64,000 bases of DNA from Mobula hypostoma (lineage: Eukaryota), in the NCBI RefSeq assembly GCF_963921235.1, contig NC_086109.1, forward strand, positions 22,694,001 through 22,758,000, in the 5' to 3' direction. Made by a program: the position numbers and the translations under genes. The stretch's first letter is position 1. Each line of letters starts with the position of its first letter. Below the pieces are notes generated by a model. That model worked only from the letters and a program-made list of their open reading frames with translations. It was not told the DNA's origin and did not search any database. Of the stretch, positions 51,604 to 64,000 are shown piece by piece.

Positions 51604-53017
51604 CAAATCCAATTGTCCAGCAGTTAACAACAGGGCATAAATAGCCACTTGTAGGCCTGACTAAGACACTCAGGACAGAGGAAATTTTCTTTGGATAAAA
51701 GGGCAGTAGTTGAACTTTGAGTTAGAGAAGTAATGTTTTCAATTCCTGATTTTTCTGCATCTTTACAAAAGATAATAATTCCTTTGCTTTGAAGTTCTAT
51801 ACAAAACCTAATCTAAACATCAATGCTTCCCATTATACAGTGTCAGGATTTAGTTACAAAAGGATTTTATTAAATACTAAAATAGACAACAAAGGGAAAT
51901 TGATCATCTCCATTGAACTTTTACTGTCATCTTCCCAGCAATGTTGTCCATTAGTCAGTCCACTCAAGGATTAAATTCCCACTGAGATAAAGACCTTTAA
52001 ATCTTAAGTGTTGCCATAATCAGATTTGAGTTCTTTTTGAAGGGAATTTATCACTATATGAAATTTTCAATTTGGTCATGAATTCTTGTCCTGTTCCAGT
52101 ACATAAACAGCATTGTGGTAAACATCGGCAAATAGTCTCACGTCTCCCAGCACCAAATCATAAACAGCCAAGAGTAAGACTACATTGACGGTCAATCCAT
52201 TCAGACACTAAATAAAATGAACCAGTTACTGTAAACAGAGCAGTGCATAATTTCCAGAACATTAACCAAACAGTAAAACTATAATACCCATGTTAGAATC
52301 ATTAAATCACGCAACAAGAAAAGATGCCATTCATCCCATCTGACCCATGCTGGAGATCAAGTACCCATCTTACTAATCATTGTCCCAAGCACTCTGCCAG
52401 CAACTTTTTATGCCATGGTGTTTCAAGTGCTTATTTAAATACTTCTAAATGTCATTCTCTATATCCATGGGTCATAGACATTACTGCTAAAGGGAAAAGT
52501 TGCTTAATATCTGCCATACACATGCCCTTCATAATTTGGTAAAATTAGTTTTATTTGTCATGTGCACACTGAAACCTAAGTGAAATGAACACACATTAAA
52601 AAAAGAAAATTTGTTGGGTGTGCTGCAAGTGTTGACACACTTCTGATCATGGCCACAACTTATTAACCTAGCTCATACATCTTTGGAATATGGGAGGAAA
52701 CGAGAATGTCCAGAGAAAGCCCAAACAGTCACAGGGAGAATATACAGACTCCTTACAGTCAGCAGCAGGAACCCTGATCTTACTGCAACAGTGTTAAAAT
52801 TATCGTTACTCTTACAATACTGCCCAGTCCCAATCAGATCACCCTCAGCCTTCTACACTTCGAGAAAAACAAAGGAAACAAGCCCAGCCTGTCCAGACTA
52901 CGCTCATTGCAATGTTCAGTCCGAGGTAATATACCAGTCAATGTCTTCTACATCTGCTCCAGTGCAATCACATCTTCCTCATCATGTAGCAACCAAAACT
53001 GCACACAGTACTCCAGC

Positions 53018-53144
53018 ACGAGGAAATCTGAAGATGCTGAAAATTCAAGCAACACACACAAAAGATGCTGGTGAATGCAGCAGGCCAGGCAGCATCTATA
53101 GGGAGGTACAGTCGATGTTTCGGGCCGGGACCCTTCGTCAGGAC
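53018..53144 (-). mobile_element. Penelope-derived mini-insertion in a minus-strand CR1 fragment
   Basis: Host reads cacagtactccagc|tgtagtctaa across the insert; CAGC at both junctions. Confidence 0.8.
53111..53144 (-). ncRNA. Minimal type I hammerhead ribozyme motif
   Basis: GUC-CUGACGA-A-GGGU(CCCG)GCCC-GAAA-CA-UC/GAC: intact core boxes, stem II, and stem I GUC:GAC; activity untested. Confidence 0.65.
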
Positions 53145-53351
53145 AGCTGTAGTCTAAAATATAATAGTATACTGTAGTGGTATCATAATCTCTATGTTCT
53201 TGAATTCTGTGCTTGGATATTAGTCATAGATGGATTCAGTACAGAAATATGCCTTTCAGCCCACCAAGTCCACACTGACCACGATCTACTCATCTTAAAC
53301 ATTAATCCTGTGTTTTTTAAAATTTCTCCCTACATTCTCATCATCTCTACC

Positions 53352-53805
53352 CATAGGAAAGCGGCATCCACCATCAGAGATCCTCACTGCCCAGACCGTG
53401 CTCTTTTTTTGCTGCTGCAATCATGGAGAAGGTCCAAGACCCTGAGGACTCACACCACCAGGTTCAGGAACAGTTACTACCCAACAACCATCAGCCTCTT
53501 GAGCAAAAGGGGATAGCTACACTCACTTGCTCATCCATTCAGATGTTCCCACAACCAATTATTTATTCCACTTGAAGGATTCTTTATCTTGTTATCTCAT
53601 GTCCTTCTTATTTTTTGCTATTTATTTATATTTGCATCTGCACAGTTTTTTGTCTTCTGCACTCTGGTTGATCTTTCATTGATCCCGTTATAGTTACTAT
53701 TCGATAGATTTGCTGAGTATGCCTGCAGGGAAATGAATCTCAGGGTTGGATATGGTGACATAGACAGCATGCACTTTGACAATAATACTTACTTCGGACC
53801 TTGAA
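53352..53805 (+). mobile_element. Rex1-like 3' end nested in a V-SINE
   Basis: KAASTIRDPHCP...TTRFRNSYYPTTISLL; aatctcagggttg tail. Confidence 0.8.
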
Positions 53806-54059
53806 CAGATGCTACCACCCATCTATACTCTCGGGGCAATTTACAGTGGCCAACTAATCTACCAACCGGCACATCGCAATAACGTGGGAGGGAACTGGGG
53901 CACCCAGAGGACACACAGGGAGAACGTAGAAACTCCACACACCTAACTCCAGCATGACGGATCTAACATCGGGAGTGAACCTGTGCCTCTGGCATTATGA
54001 GACAGTGGCTCCACTATCTGCTTCTGAAGAAAAAAAAGATGGTCATATTTGGTCCACCA

Positions 54060-54495
54060 TCAAAGACTCCAGATGCACTGTGGAGAGCATTCCGACTGGT
54101 TGCATTGCTGCCTGTTACGGAGGCTCCCTATCACAGGACTGAAAAACAAAAGATGCAGAGAACTGTAGACTCAGCGCGATCCAACATGGGTACTAGTCTC
54201 CCCACCATCAAGGACATTTTCAAAAGTTGGTGCCTAAAGAAATCGACATCCATCAAAAAGGACCCTCAACATCCAAGGTGCCCTCTTCTCGTTACTATCA
54301 TCCACACTCAACATTTTATGAACAGTTTCTTCCCCTTTGCTAACAGATTTCAGAATGGTGCATGAAATCATGAACACTACCACACTATTTAGCTCTCTTT
54401 TTGCACTATATATTTATTAGATTTGCCATAGTAACCTATGGTAATTTTTTATGCATACACTGTACCACTGCCACAAAACAACGAATTTCACAAGG
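54060..54495 (+). mobile_element. Rex1-like 3' end
   Basis: RCTVESIPTGCIAACYG...MNSFFPFANRFQN. Confidence 0.75.
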
Positions 54496-54498
54496 TAA

Positions 54499-55590
54499 GC
54501 TCAGGGGCCACTCTGTTATGTACAGGAGTTACCTAATAAAGTTGCTACTCAATGTATTTCTGTAGTTTCATGATCTTCAGCTGCTGTAGCCAATCCACTT
54601 CAAGGTTCAACGTGTTTTCTGTTCAGAAATGCTCTTCAGCGCACCACTGTTATAACATGTGGTTATTTGAGTTACTGTCACCTTTCCTGTCAGCTTGAAC
54701 CGGTCTGGCCATTCTCCCCTGACCTCCCTCATTAACAAGGCATTTTCGCCCACAGAACTGCCATTCACAGAGTACTTTTTTTTAGTTTTTCACGCCATTC
54801 TCTGTAAACCTTAGAGACTGGTGTGCTTGAAAATCCCAGGGGATCAGGAGTTTCTGAGCTACCCAAACCTATACCAACTATATGTTGGTATACAGTAGTT
54901 GTATCATAATCTCCATGTTCTAAGCAACGTCAGGAGACTCATGTGTCGTCGGGGAGGCCAGAAAATCTTTCACTGTGGGCCCGAAGACCCAAGATCTTTG
55001 TGATCTTCGGGTACAGAGCTTGTAAAAAGCGACGAAACGGACTTTTTAACATCGTAAACCAACGGGTTTTTGTTAAGTCTCCTGCTCGCTGTGAAATTGG
55101 GGATACCTCCCTCTCCCTTATCAGGGAGAGAGAGAACCTGTGGGGTGCTGAATGCCAGATGAATTGCGATAGTCTTTGGGGTAACTGCAAGGTCTGTGTC
55201 TTTGCTATCGCTTAGCTCACGCTTGTGTGCGGTAGTGAGTGCGCTTTTTATTTTGCTGGTTGGGGAAGGGGAGATTGTTGCTCACTGCCGCTTATGCAGG
55301 GAGGGGGGAGCTGAGGGGGACCTTGGGGTTCTCATGTTTAACTGCCATTCATTCTTTGGGGCACTTCTCTGTTTTTGTGGATGTTTGCGAAGAAAAAGCA
55401 TTTCAGGATGTATATTGTATACATTTCTCTGACATTAAGTTGAACCTTTGAACCATCTCATCTGGCACCAAGAATCATTGCATGGTCAAAGTCTCTTTGA
55501 TCATGTTTTTTCCCCATTCAGATGTTTGGTCTGAACAACAACTGAACGTCTTGACCTTGTCGGTAAGCCATGCTTCTATGCATTGAGAGA
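54499..55590 (-). mobile_element. Non-autonomous Tc1 of a second family retaining only the transposase N-terminus, interrupted at ~54870-55454
   Basis: Reverse strand: MGKKHDQRDFDHAMILGAR, then ETPDPLGFSSTPVSKVYREW...GRKCLVNEGGQGRMARPVQADRKGDSN; decayed palindromic TIR pair at 54499-54556. Confidence 0.75.
54922..55454 (+). mobile_element. Young non-autonomous retroposon with a (ttgaacc) tail
   Basis: CpG-rich; tail shared with 27480-27850; interrupts the Tc1. Confidence 0.65.
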
Positions 55591-56879
55591 GGATTAGGAG
55601 TCTGAGCATTCAGTCAGTATCTATGCATAGGAATAAACAGTCAATGCTTCAGGCTGAGACCCTACATAGATTGCAATCATTCTGTCCTCAGAGGGTTTTA
55701 CATAAAGAGCAGTGAGATAAGACCATAAGATATAGGAACAGAATTAGGCCATCTGGCCCATTGAGTCTGCTCCACCATTTCATCATGGTTGATCCAATTT
55801 TCCTCTCAGACCCAATCTCCTGCTTCCCTCCCCCCAATCCCTTCTTGTACTGACCAATTAAGAATATACGACCATAAGATCAAGGAGCAGAATCAGGCCA
55901 TTTAGTTCATCCTCCCTTGTTCTAATACTCGTGCTTTGTTCAACTGTATTTGGAAAGGCCAGAGTCAGGGTACGATGCCTACAGATTAATCTGATGTCTT
56001 CTGAAAAAGTAAAATTTCTTTTATCAGGATTATATAATGCACTATAAAGTTGAACAATGTTAAATCCTGTCTTTTTTTTAACTTGTCACCAATCAACTAA
56101 TATGACAGGGATTTCTTCCAATTGTTCCAGTCAATAAGAAGTATCCCATTGCTGTCCAAGTAAATGTTAAGTTGTGTTTTTAGCAACATATTACATTGTA
56201 TCAAATCTCACCATTCAGAGCTTAATCTTTGATTCATTAGAAACCACAATGATGGTGACATACATTTGGCTTTATTGGGAGAAAATTACTGTTCTGTAAT
56301 ACATTTTCCAATCATAAGGCATACTCCAGTCAGTTAATCCAGCCTTGCAAATCCCCTTCTGTAGTAGAACAATCGCCAGGCTTAATGTGACCCCTCAAAA
56401 GGAATGAAAATCTAATCAGATACAGAAATCTAATGCAGAGACCCAACATAATAATTAAAATTCACAAGCGTAATTACAAAGCTTTTTTTAATCTGCTCAA
56501 ACTCATTCTCAGTTGAGGATGGCATCGTAACTTACACAAGGTCATCAGGACTTGATAATTTGTTTTGGTGAAAGAAAATTTCTCCCCAAGTGTAACGGAT
56601 AAATTTTAATGACATTTGATGGTTGATTTCAATGCCCTGAGGATACAGAAGGTTGCACAGGGTCTTTCACTCCAAATAATCTAGGTCAGATATGCTAAAT
56701 CAAGTTTGATTTTTCTCAGTCTCTGCAGAAGCCTGGGGCACAACCATTGAAGCTGAAAGTAAGAGGTAGCTGCCGTGACTCTGAAATTAAAGCATCTGAT
56801 TGAGAGATGAACATTTTTGATAACTGTTGACCTGTTAATATTAGCAGGTCAACAGTCTAAATCCCATCCATTAATGTAA

Positions 56880-57030
56880 GCTATCCGACCTGGTTCGACA
56901 GTGAAGGAGTATTGCACTGTTAGAGATCTTATACGTGAAGCACTAAGCCCTGTCTGTTATCATACAGATTTAGACTATTCCATGGGATTATTTTGTGGAT
57001 GAGTTGCAGAGTTCACTTTGTTGTCTCACC
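56880..57030 (+). mobile_element. Very decayed Deu-domain SINE
   Basis: ggagtattgcactgttagag...ccctgtctg...ccatgggattatttt. Confidence 0.4.
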
Positions 57031-57289
57031 TGCACAAGGTACCTCCTAAACAACAGCGAGCAGCTTTTGAACCCTTAGAATACCCCAAGGTGTTCAGAAT
57101 CAGAATCAGTGTCTTTCAGAGTGGTGTAATCTGAGGAGGAATTGATGGAAACACAAGGAAAATTAAATGGGTTAGAGTGAGAATAGTGTAAAAATAGGTC
57201 CTCGATGGTTGGTGACGAATCAGTGGACTAAAGGACCTGTTTCCATATTCTTTCTCTCTATGAACATGTACTGAGTCTTCTCCAAGGAT

Positions 57290-57660
57290 CATCACCTTGT
57301 CATGGTGGCAAGGCTTGTGTGTTTCTGAGATCCCGAAAGTGATGCCGCCTGGAGCTTAGCTCCTGGTAGAGTCACCCACGGCAGTAAGATCAAAGGGAAG
57401 CTTCCAGATAACGAGCAGTCCAACCAAAACCTCAGTGGTGGAGCTAGCGGAAGATGTTGACACATCACAATGGCAGTGAAGGGTCCCCAGTCCTCTTGCA
57501 TTCCGTGCCACTGGACCCTGATGCCAGTCTGTCAAGGATCATGTGGCGGCTGCCCGTGAATCAACCTCCCACCCAATTTAAACAAAGTCACGCATAGGCA
57601 TTCTCCATTAAGGGAACAACCCCCTGGGAAAATATCATACTCAACTCGAGTGATTACACA
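57290..57660 (+). mobile_element. RTE (Expander/Rex3-like) 5'-derived non-autonomous element
   Basis: caccttgtcatggtgg...gctcctggtagagtcacccacggcag. Confidence 0.6.
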
Positions 57661-60600
57661 ACTATACTCAGCGAGTTCCCAGAAATACCAAAAAAAAACA
57701 TCAGATTCTCTTCTTTAATGACAATGGTTATTGGGATAATTGTCCTTGAAACAGTAGCAAGATCACCCCTTCTTTCTATAGATTGGCATGCAATTTCAGA
57801 GCTCAGACCCAGCCTCAGTGAAACACCATTTTACCAATCCTGCAGCACTCCCACTATATAAAATTGATGTGTTTGACTAGAAGTCTGTTTCAACTGTTAA
57901 TCAACAGGAGTGAACATTTTACAATTAATGTCAGGCTAACTAGGAGTGAGATCAAAAAAGCTGAGGATCTTGGAAGTTGATTGGGTTTGTAAGGAATATG
58001 ATCAATACATTTTTGTTTGAAAAGCTTATCAAGGGGTATGGAGGTAAAGCAGGAAATGAGGCAATTTTAATGTCAGCTTCAAATTTAATAATCATACCCT
58101 CTACATTCATATCCAAATTACTTACATGTATTAATGATCAGTAAGGCTCCCAGAATCAATTGCTGTCATTACTGGTCATGTGTTTTCAATCATAAAAGCA
58201 ACTGTCCACAATCATCCTCTCTCTCATATTACCTGTTGTCTTCACATCCCTTTGAAGCCTTCTGTCCAAAAATAGATTACGGCATGCTACACATTGGAAA
58301 GGCACTCTGGAACAATTTAAAATCATTTCTCTGTAAACACTTTAAAAGACTTACGTTGCTTCTTCTGTCTAATGTTCAGGAAGCATTTCAGATATTTATC
58401 TACTTTCCTTAGCTAAAAATCCAAAGCACGCTGTAACCAACAATAAAAAAAAATCTAAGGTAGATTTTTCTGTTCTTGTTAGTCTCATGAGACCATAACA
58501 AGAACAGAAAATACAGAAAATCCTCACTAGGTCATTCAGCCTCTGTGGAGATAGAAATGGTCAAATCGATGGAGGTGAGCCACCTCTCTCAGAAGAAAAT
58601 TTGAATTGCAGATTGGAGTACAGCAATACAACAAACTCTAGTTCCTGTTTTTACTGCTGTTAGCATTCCAAGATTTACAGTACTTCTGATAGATGCCAAG
58701 AGACTACGTAGATCTCTGGTTATGTAAACGGATAATGAAGATAACCATTGCAGTGAAAATTGTGATAGAAGAAGACATCAATTACCATGGTAGATGGTAG
58801 ATGGATGAGGGACGGGACAGGAAATAAGAAAGTACTGCATAACATTTATGGGAAAATTGATAATTTCTCCTTAATTTGACTTTGTACTAAAATGGACAAT
58901 GATTTTGTTTGTTCTAATTGTGTTGGTATGTGTAAAAGTGCTGTGCAATTTATGTTTAACTTATGTTTTTTCTCGTGAAGGTTGTTCATAGGATGCTGCT
59001 GTAAGTAAGGTTTTCATTGCTCCTGTGCATATGACAATAAATTTAACTTTAACTTCAAAGGAGAAAACTAAAACTGTGATGGATATTCACTGTCCAGGGC
59101 CACAGGGACTTTTTTTTGCCAAGCTTAACTTTTTAACATAGCAGCAGACACTTGCAGAGATCAAAGAGTTGATTTTGAGTAAGTTAAACTTCCAACCAAA
59201 ATTCTTTATTCAGCTTCTTGTTATAAACAGGTGCCAGTCTTCAATTCTGAAGACTGAAGTTAAAGGACAGCTTTGTAAACAGCACTGTCTACAGAACACA
59301 GAGATAGAGCTGTTTGCAATGTAAGACAATGGGATCTGTTAATTGGGCTTGAATCAAACCAGATAAAACTAGCTAAGTTACTTAGATCACAGAAGCCTAT
59401 TGACCAGATTGAAACTATCACTTAGCACATCAAATAGCTAATCGATTAATCATTGGAAGATTTGTGTGCTCAGAGAGTCAACTTCACAGCATCAATTGTG
59501 GGTATCTAGGAACTCTGTCTCCAGGAGTTTTTAGACTGTTTGTGTAAAAGGGGATCTGAAAAAAAATCACATGCATGTGATATCACCCAAGTGGCAAGAA
59601 AACAATATAAATATAAGAGAGAAGTTAGGAATGGTCAAAAACAGCAAGAAGAATGACAGAAAAAATGGGGTGAGTAGAATCCATTCCTCTGCCTTTGATT
59701 TCTGTGACAGATGATTTATTTGTCTGCAACTCACTGGCATGTCTTTTTAGCGAATAAGAATTTCACCCGTGTTTTGGAAACCCCTTGTTTTAAATTATTT
59801 GTAATTTAGAAATCTGATGAGATAGAAAATCTCTGAGTCTCTGTGTTTTAAGTATTTTCCTGGATTTAAACTTGTATCACTAAAAATAAATGAACTATGT
59901 TTAAAACTACTTTGTCAGCTGAAGCAACTCTTCCTTGGTAGGGAGGGGAGGACCCATTGCTCAAATAGTGGACATTGGCAACTAAGCTCAATGAAGACGC
60001 ATGGAGGGCAGGGGTTGGAGCATAGGTTACATGGTTAGCACAACATTGTGGGCCGAAGGGCCTGTAATGTGCTGTAGATTTCTATATTCTATGTTCTATG
60101 TAACTCATGGAGGATAAACAGGGAAGTGAACTAGTCTTTGAAGAGTAGGTGGTGTTGGAATTGGTTGTTTTTTTTTACATACTTATAAAAACGTATTAGT
60201 TGAATTAATATAAAACTAAAATCAAAGTTTCTGTTTTTACTGACAAAATGTGTATTTTTAAACAAACTCATATTTTTTACAATATATGTGTTTTCTTGCC
60301 ACTCACTGGCAGAAACATGGTATGGTAATTACGTAACGGTTTGCCAGCTTTTCATTTTTGTTTACTTGACAGGCCCTTCCAGCTCTTCAATCCATATTGC
60401 TCAGCAGTTTCCCCAATTTAATCCTAGCCTACTCATGGGACAATTTACAATGACCAACATGGGAGGGATGCGGAGCACCCGGAGGAAACCCATGTGGTCA
60501 TGTAGAGAATGTACAGATACCTTTCAGGCAGCGTCAGAAATTGAACCCAGGTTACTTGTACTGGAAAGAGTTGTGCTAACCACTAGTTTTTAATTAGCTA

Positions 60601-62594
60601 AGCGTTAGCATACTAAATTGTGAATTGTGTGAACCTTGATCGTCATTTCTTATCTAAGGAATTTGTCTTAACCGAATGATAAAGATGATAAATTTCTCAA
60701 AGGTACCATATTTTTCTTTTGCAAATTTCATCTGGTTTGCATCGTTCCTTTGTTTAATCTTTTAAAATAAAGGATCATTGAAAAAACAAGTTTTCACTCA
60801 TTCTTGGACTCCTAAAAGAGCCTGAGGATCAGAAAATCACCAAGATCTGTCAGTGGTTACAGTATGGTCTCCCTTTAGTGATTGAACCTGTAGCTATCTA
60901 TATCAAATAGAGCTTAAGATCTCTGAGTTTAGAACGTCATGGTCAGTAAACCCAATATCGTCACAAAACTAGAGACAAAGTTCTGGTATTAGATTTAACC
61001 AACAGTATACTGTACATGGAAATTTTAACATGGGGGCAAAAAGCAGATTATTCAGGCAGCTGCATCACTTATATCATATTTAGATTAGGTTAAAATTATT
61101 TATTTTTAATGCATTAATCACACAAAGGTGTTATGCCTATGTTTTAAAATGTTTGTCCCTGCATCCTCGTGAAGTTGCACCATCAAAACATTGGATTGGG
61201 CGCTCGCATCACCATTCACTTTAATGCAACTAGCAAGTTCCCCAGTCTGCCATGATCCTATAGAGAGGTGGAGCAGCCACAAAGCACAGAACTATTCATA
61301 CTTATTGAGGTCTTTACCTTCTTAAAACATATTGCACTAAAATTGGAGAATTCTATTTGACTTGAATTACCTTTGCTGGGACAATGCAATATAATAATGA
61401 AAAAAACAATTCCTCTCACAGTCACACTAATATGTAAGAAAAATCTTATTGCTGGCAGCACTGAGCACAGACTGAAGCATCAGTACATTGATTCCTTTAA
61501 GTTGCTGATGCCTTCGATCTGTGGTTTAAAAGTTGCCACTGCCCATAGGAACACATGGTGTAGATAGCCCACTCAGTACGTATATCAAGGTTATTATTAT
61601 CTGGAGACCCAGATGCCCTGTTGCTATCCTTCCTCTCTCCACTCCATCACCGCACTCCACTTCTCTGCTTTTTCTCCCATTATTTTCAGTTTTAGATGAC
61701 ATAGTGTGAGGCTCTTCAATGGCTCTGACTTACTTTCAATGTCACCAACACATGAGTAATGACAATTGCTTCTTACTTAAGTAGGTTGGGGAATAACACT
61801 TAAGGAGAGAGAACGACTATAACAATTTCTTAGAAGAAGACCACCCCACTTCTATGATATTTTTGTTTGACATACAATATTTATGTTTATTTTTATTTGG
61901 CAATGAGGTAGGTGATTAGTGGCACCCATTTAGTACACCAAAAATGCACAAAGTACAATTGAACATCATTTGTGGCTCCAGCACGGAAAAGGGCTGCTTG
62001 ACCCAATGATTCACTATTGGCATTTAGGATGTGCAAATGCCTTCTCCTAAGTCTTTTCAACTCTATTCATCATCAGTTCTCTAAAATGTCATTTTCCTTT
62101 GGATATCTTTGTGCTATATGTCACCCTATGGAAGCAGTAGATTACAAATTCTAAACATTCTTTGGTCAAGTAACTTGTTCTGAATTTATTTGTGACATTT
62201 ACAACATCAATTTCTGAATTCCCATTGACTTGGTACATTTTCTCTGGAACTATTTTATCAAACCACTCCAGCATTTGAAAAACCTTAATTAGGCCCCTTC
62301 AAAGCTTTTTCTTCTTACCCTGTGCAAAAAAAAAACCTCAAACTGTACAGTGATTCAATATTTCCTTCTGATTTTGTAATCTTTCACTTGCACCAATCTT
62401 GCATACTTTCCTTCATTTATCCAGTACACATAATCAGACCAATTCCAGTCACTTGACAAGTCCTTCCTGTCACATGACAAATTTACATTGCAAGCCAGCT
62501 TTAATTAAGCTGTTTTGCACATTAACCATTGCCATATCAGTGATTTTTAACAATATTAATGTGGTTTTCACAAAAGAAGTAGTGTATAATCAAA

Positions 62595-63760
62595 TTTCAA
62601 AGTAAATTTATTATCAAAGTACATTTATGTCACCATATACAACCCTGAGATTCATTTTCTTGTGGCATTCACAGTGAATCCAAAAAACACAATAGTGACC
62701 AAGAAGGGGTAACTACAATGACACTCTCCCGTTTAACTTGGCAAAAGAGCTTTGCAACTGTCACAGATAATCATTGAACCATACTTACTGGGGAGATCTC
62801 ATTGAAACCTTTTGAATATTGAAAGGCCAAGAAAGAGTAGATGTGGAAAGGCTGTTCCTCATGGAGGGAGAGTCTAGAACAAGAGGGCACAGCCTCAGGA
62901 TAGAGGGGCGCCCTTTCAAAACAGAAATGTGGAGAAATTTCTTTAGCCAGAGGGTGGTGAATTTGTTGCCACATTCAGCTGAGGAGGCCAGGTTGTTGGG
63001 TGTACTTAAGTTAGAGATGGATAGGTTCTTTATTGGACATGGCATTAAAGGTTACGGGGAGAAGGCAGTAAACTGTGGTTGAGGAGCTGAAAAAAAGGAT
63101 CAGCCATGATTGAATGGTGAAGCAGACTCGATGGGCCAGATGGCCTAATTCTGCTCTTATGTCTTATGGTCTTAATCCATGAAAGATTGCACCTGACAGA
63201 AACTTTGCAAATACGTAAAAATCAAAACAACAATAATTAAATAAGCAATAAATATTGAGAACATAAGATGAAAAATCCTTGAAAGTGAGTCCATAGGATG
63301 AGGAAACAGTTCAGTGATGAGGCGAGTGAAGTTATCCCCTCTGGTTCAAGTGCCTGATGGTTGAGGGGTAATAACTGTTCCTAAACCTGGTGGTGTGGGT
63401 CCCGAGGCTCCTGATGGCAGCTGTGAGAACAGAGCATGGCCGGGGCGGTCAGTGTCCTTAATGATGAATGCTGCTTTCCTGTGACAGTGTTCCACTCACT
63501 GAAGGGGAGGACTTTACCCATGATGGACTGGGCTGCACCCACTGCTTTTTGTGGGGGTTTCCATTCAAGGGCATTGGTGTTTCCATACCAGGCCGTGATG
63601 CAACCAGTCAATATACTCTCCACCACACCTCCGTAAAAGTTTGTCAAGGTTTTAGATGTCATGCCAAATCTTCGCAAACTTCTAAGGAAGTAGAGGCCTC
63701 CACGCTTTCTTAATGATGGCACTTGTGTGCTGGGCCTAGTACAGATCCTGGATTATGTCG
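62595..63760 (-). mobile_element. Rex1-like 3' portion interrupted by a + strand CR1 3' end (~62785-63175)
   Basis: LYFLRSLRRFGMTSKTLTNFY..VESILTGCITAWYG; CR1 shows SRTRGHSLRI..FFSQRVVN and a (cttatgt) tail. Confidence 0.85.
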
Positions 63761-64000
63761 CTCTTCTAAATTGATATCAAAGTTCCTACTGTCTTCCATA
63801 TCAAACTTCGAAACTGGCTCAAAATGCCCCTTCCTTCTTGCAGAAATTGATAATTCAGCAAAAGTCTTCCGAATTTCAAAATATATTATTTGAAATAAAC
63901 ATCTAAACAAAACAATATAATAAACAAAACTGTTCATTAAATCTCTCTGCCTCCCTGCCTGTCTTTCCTCTAAAATTCACTTAAAATGTGTCTCTGTAAC

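Noticed and set aside
63760..63902. Minus-strand exon after the gttttgtttag acceptor
   Set aside because: The frame is open, but there is no good donor before it runs into a Rex1 fragment, and the peptide is unrecognised.

Overview
This is eukaryotic, CpG-depleted vertebrate genomic DNA made up mostly of nested transposable elements. The repeat set (CR1, Rex1/Babar-like, RTE, Penelope, V-SINE, Deu-domain SINE, small-LTR Gypsy, Tc1) suggests a cartilaginous fish, probably a ray; this is inferred from repeat content only. I found no intact host gene, rRNA, tRNA or CRISPR array, and every recognisable ORF is a TE remnant. Highlights: (1) a Sleeping Beauty/Tss1-like Tc1 element (48906-50537) whose left end is replaced by an inverted ~430-bp copy of its right end, a horizontal-transfer candidate; (2) Penelope-derived mini-insertions carrying a minimal hammerhead ribozyme motif, several ending at or inside it; (3) a young solo LTR with a 4-bp TSD; (4) a near full-length CR1 with an esterase ORF1; (5) two Gypsy proviruses plus LTR remnants; (6) Harbinger and HERO fossils; (7) templated-insertion scars; (8) a few CpG-retaining unique segments that could be exons or enhancers. 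All family assignments are by eye from recalled consensus motifs. Boundaries of old elements are approximate.
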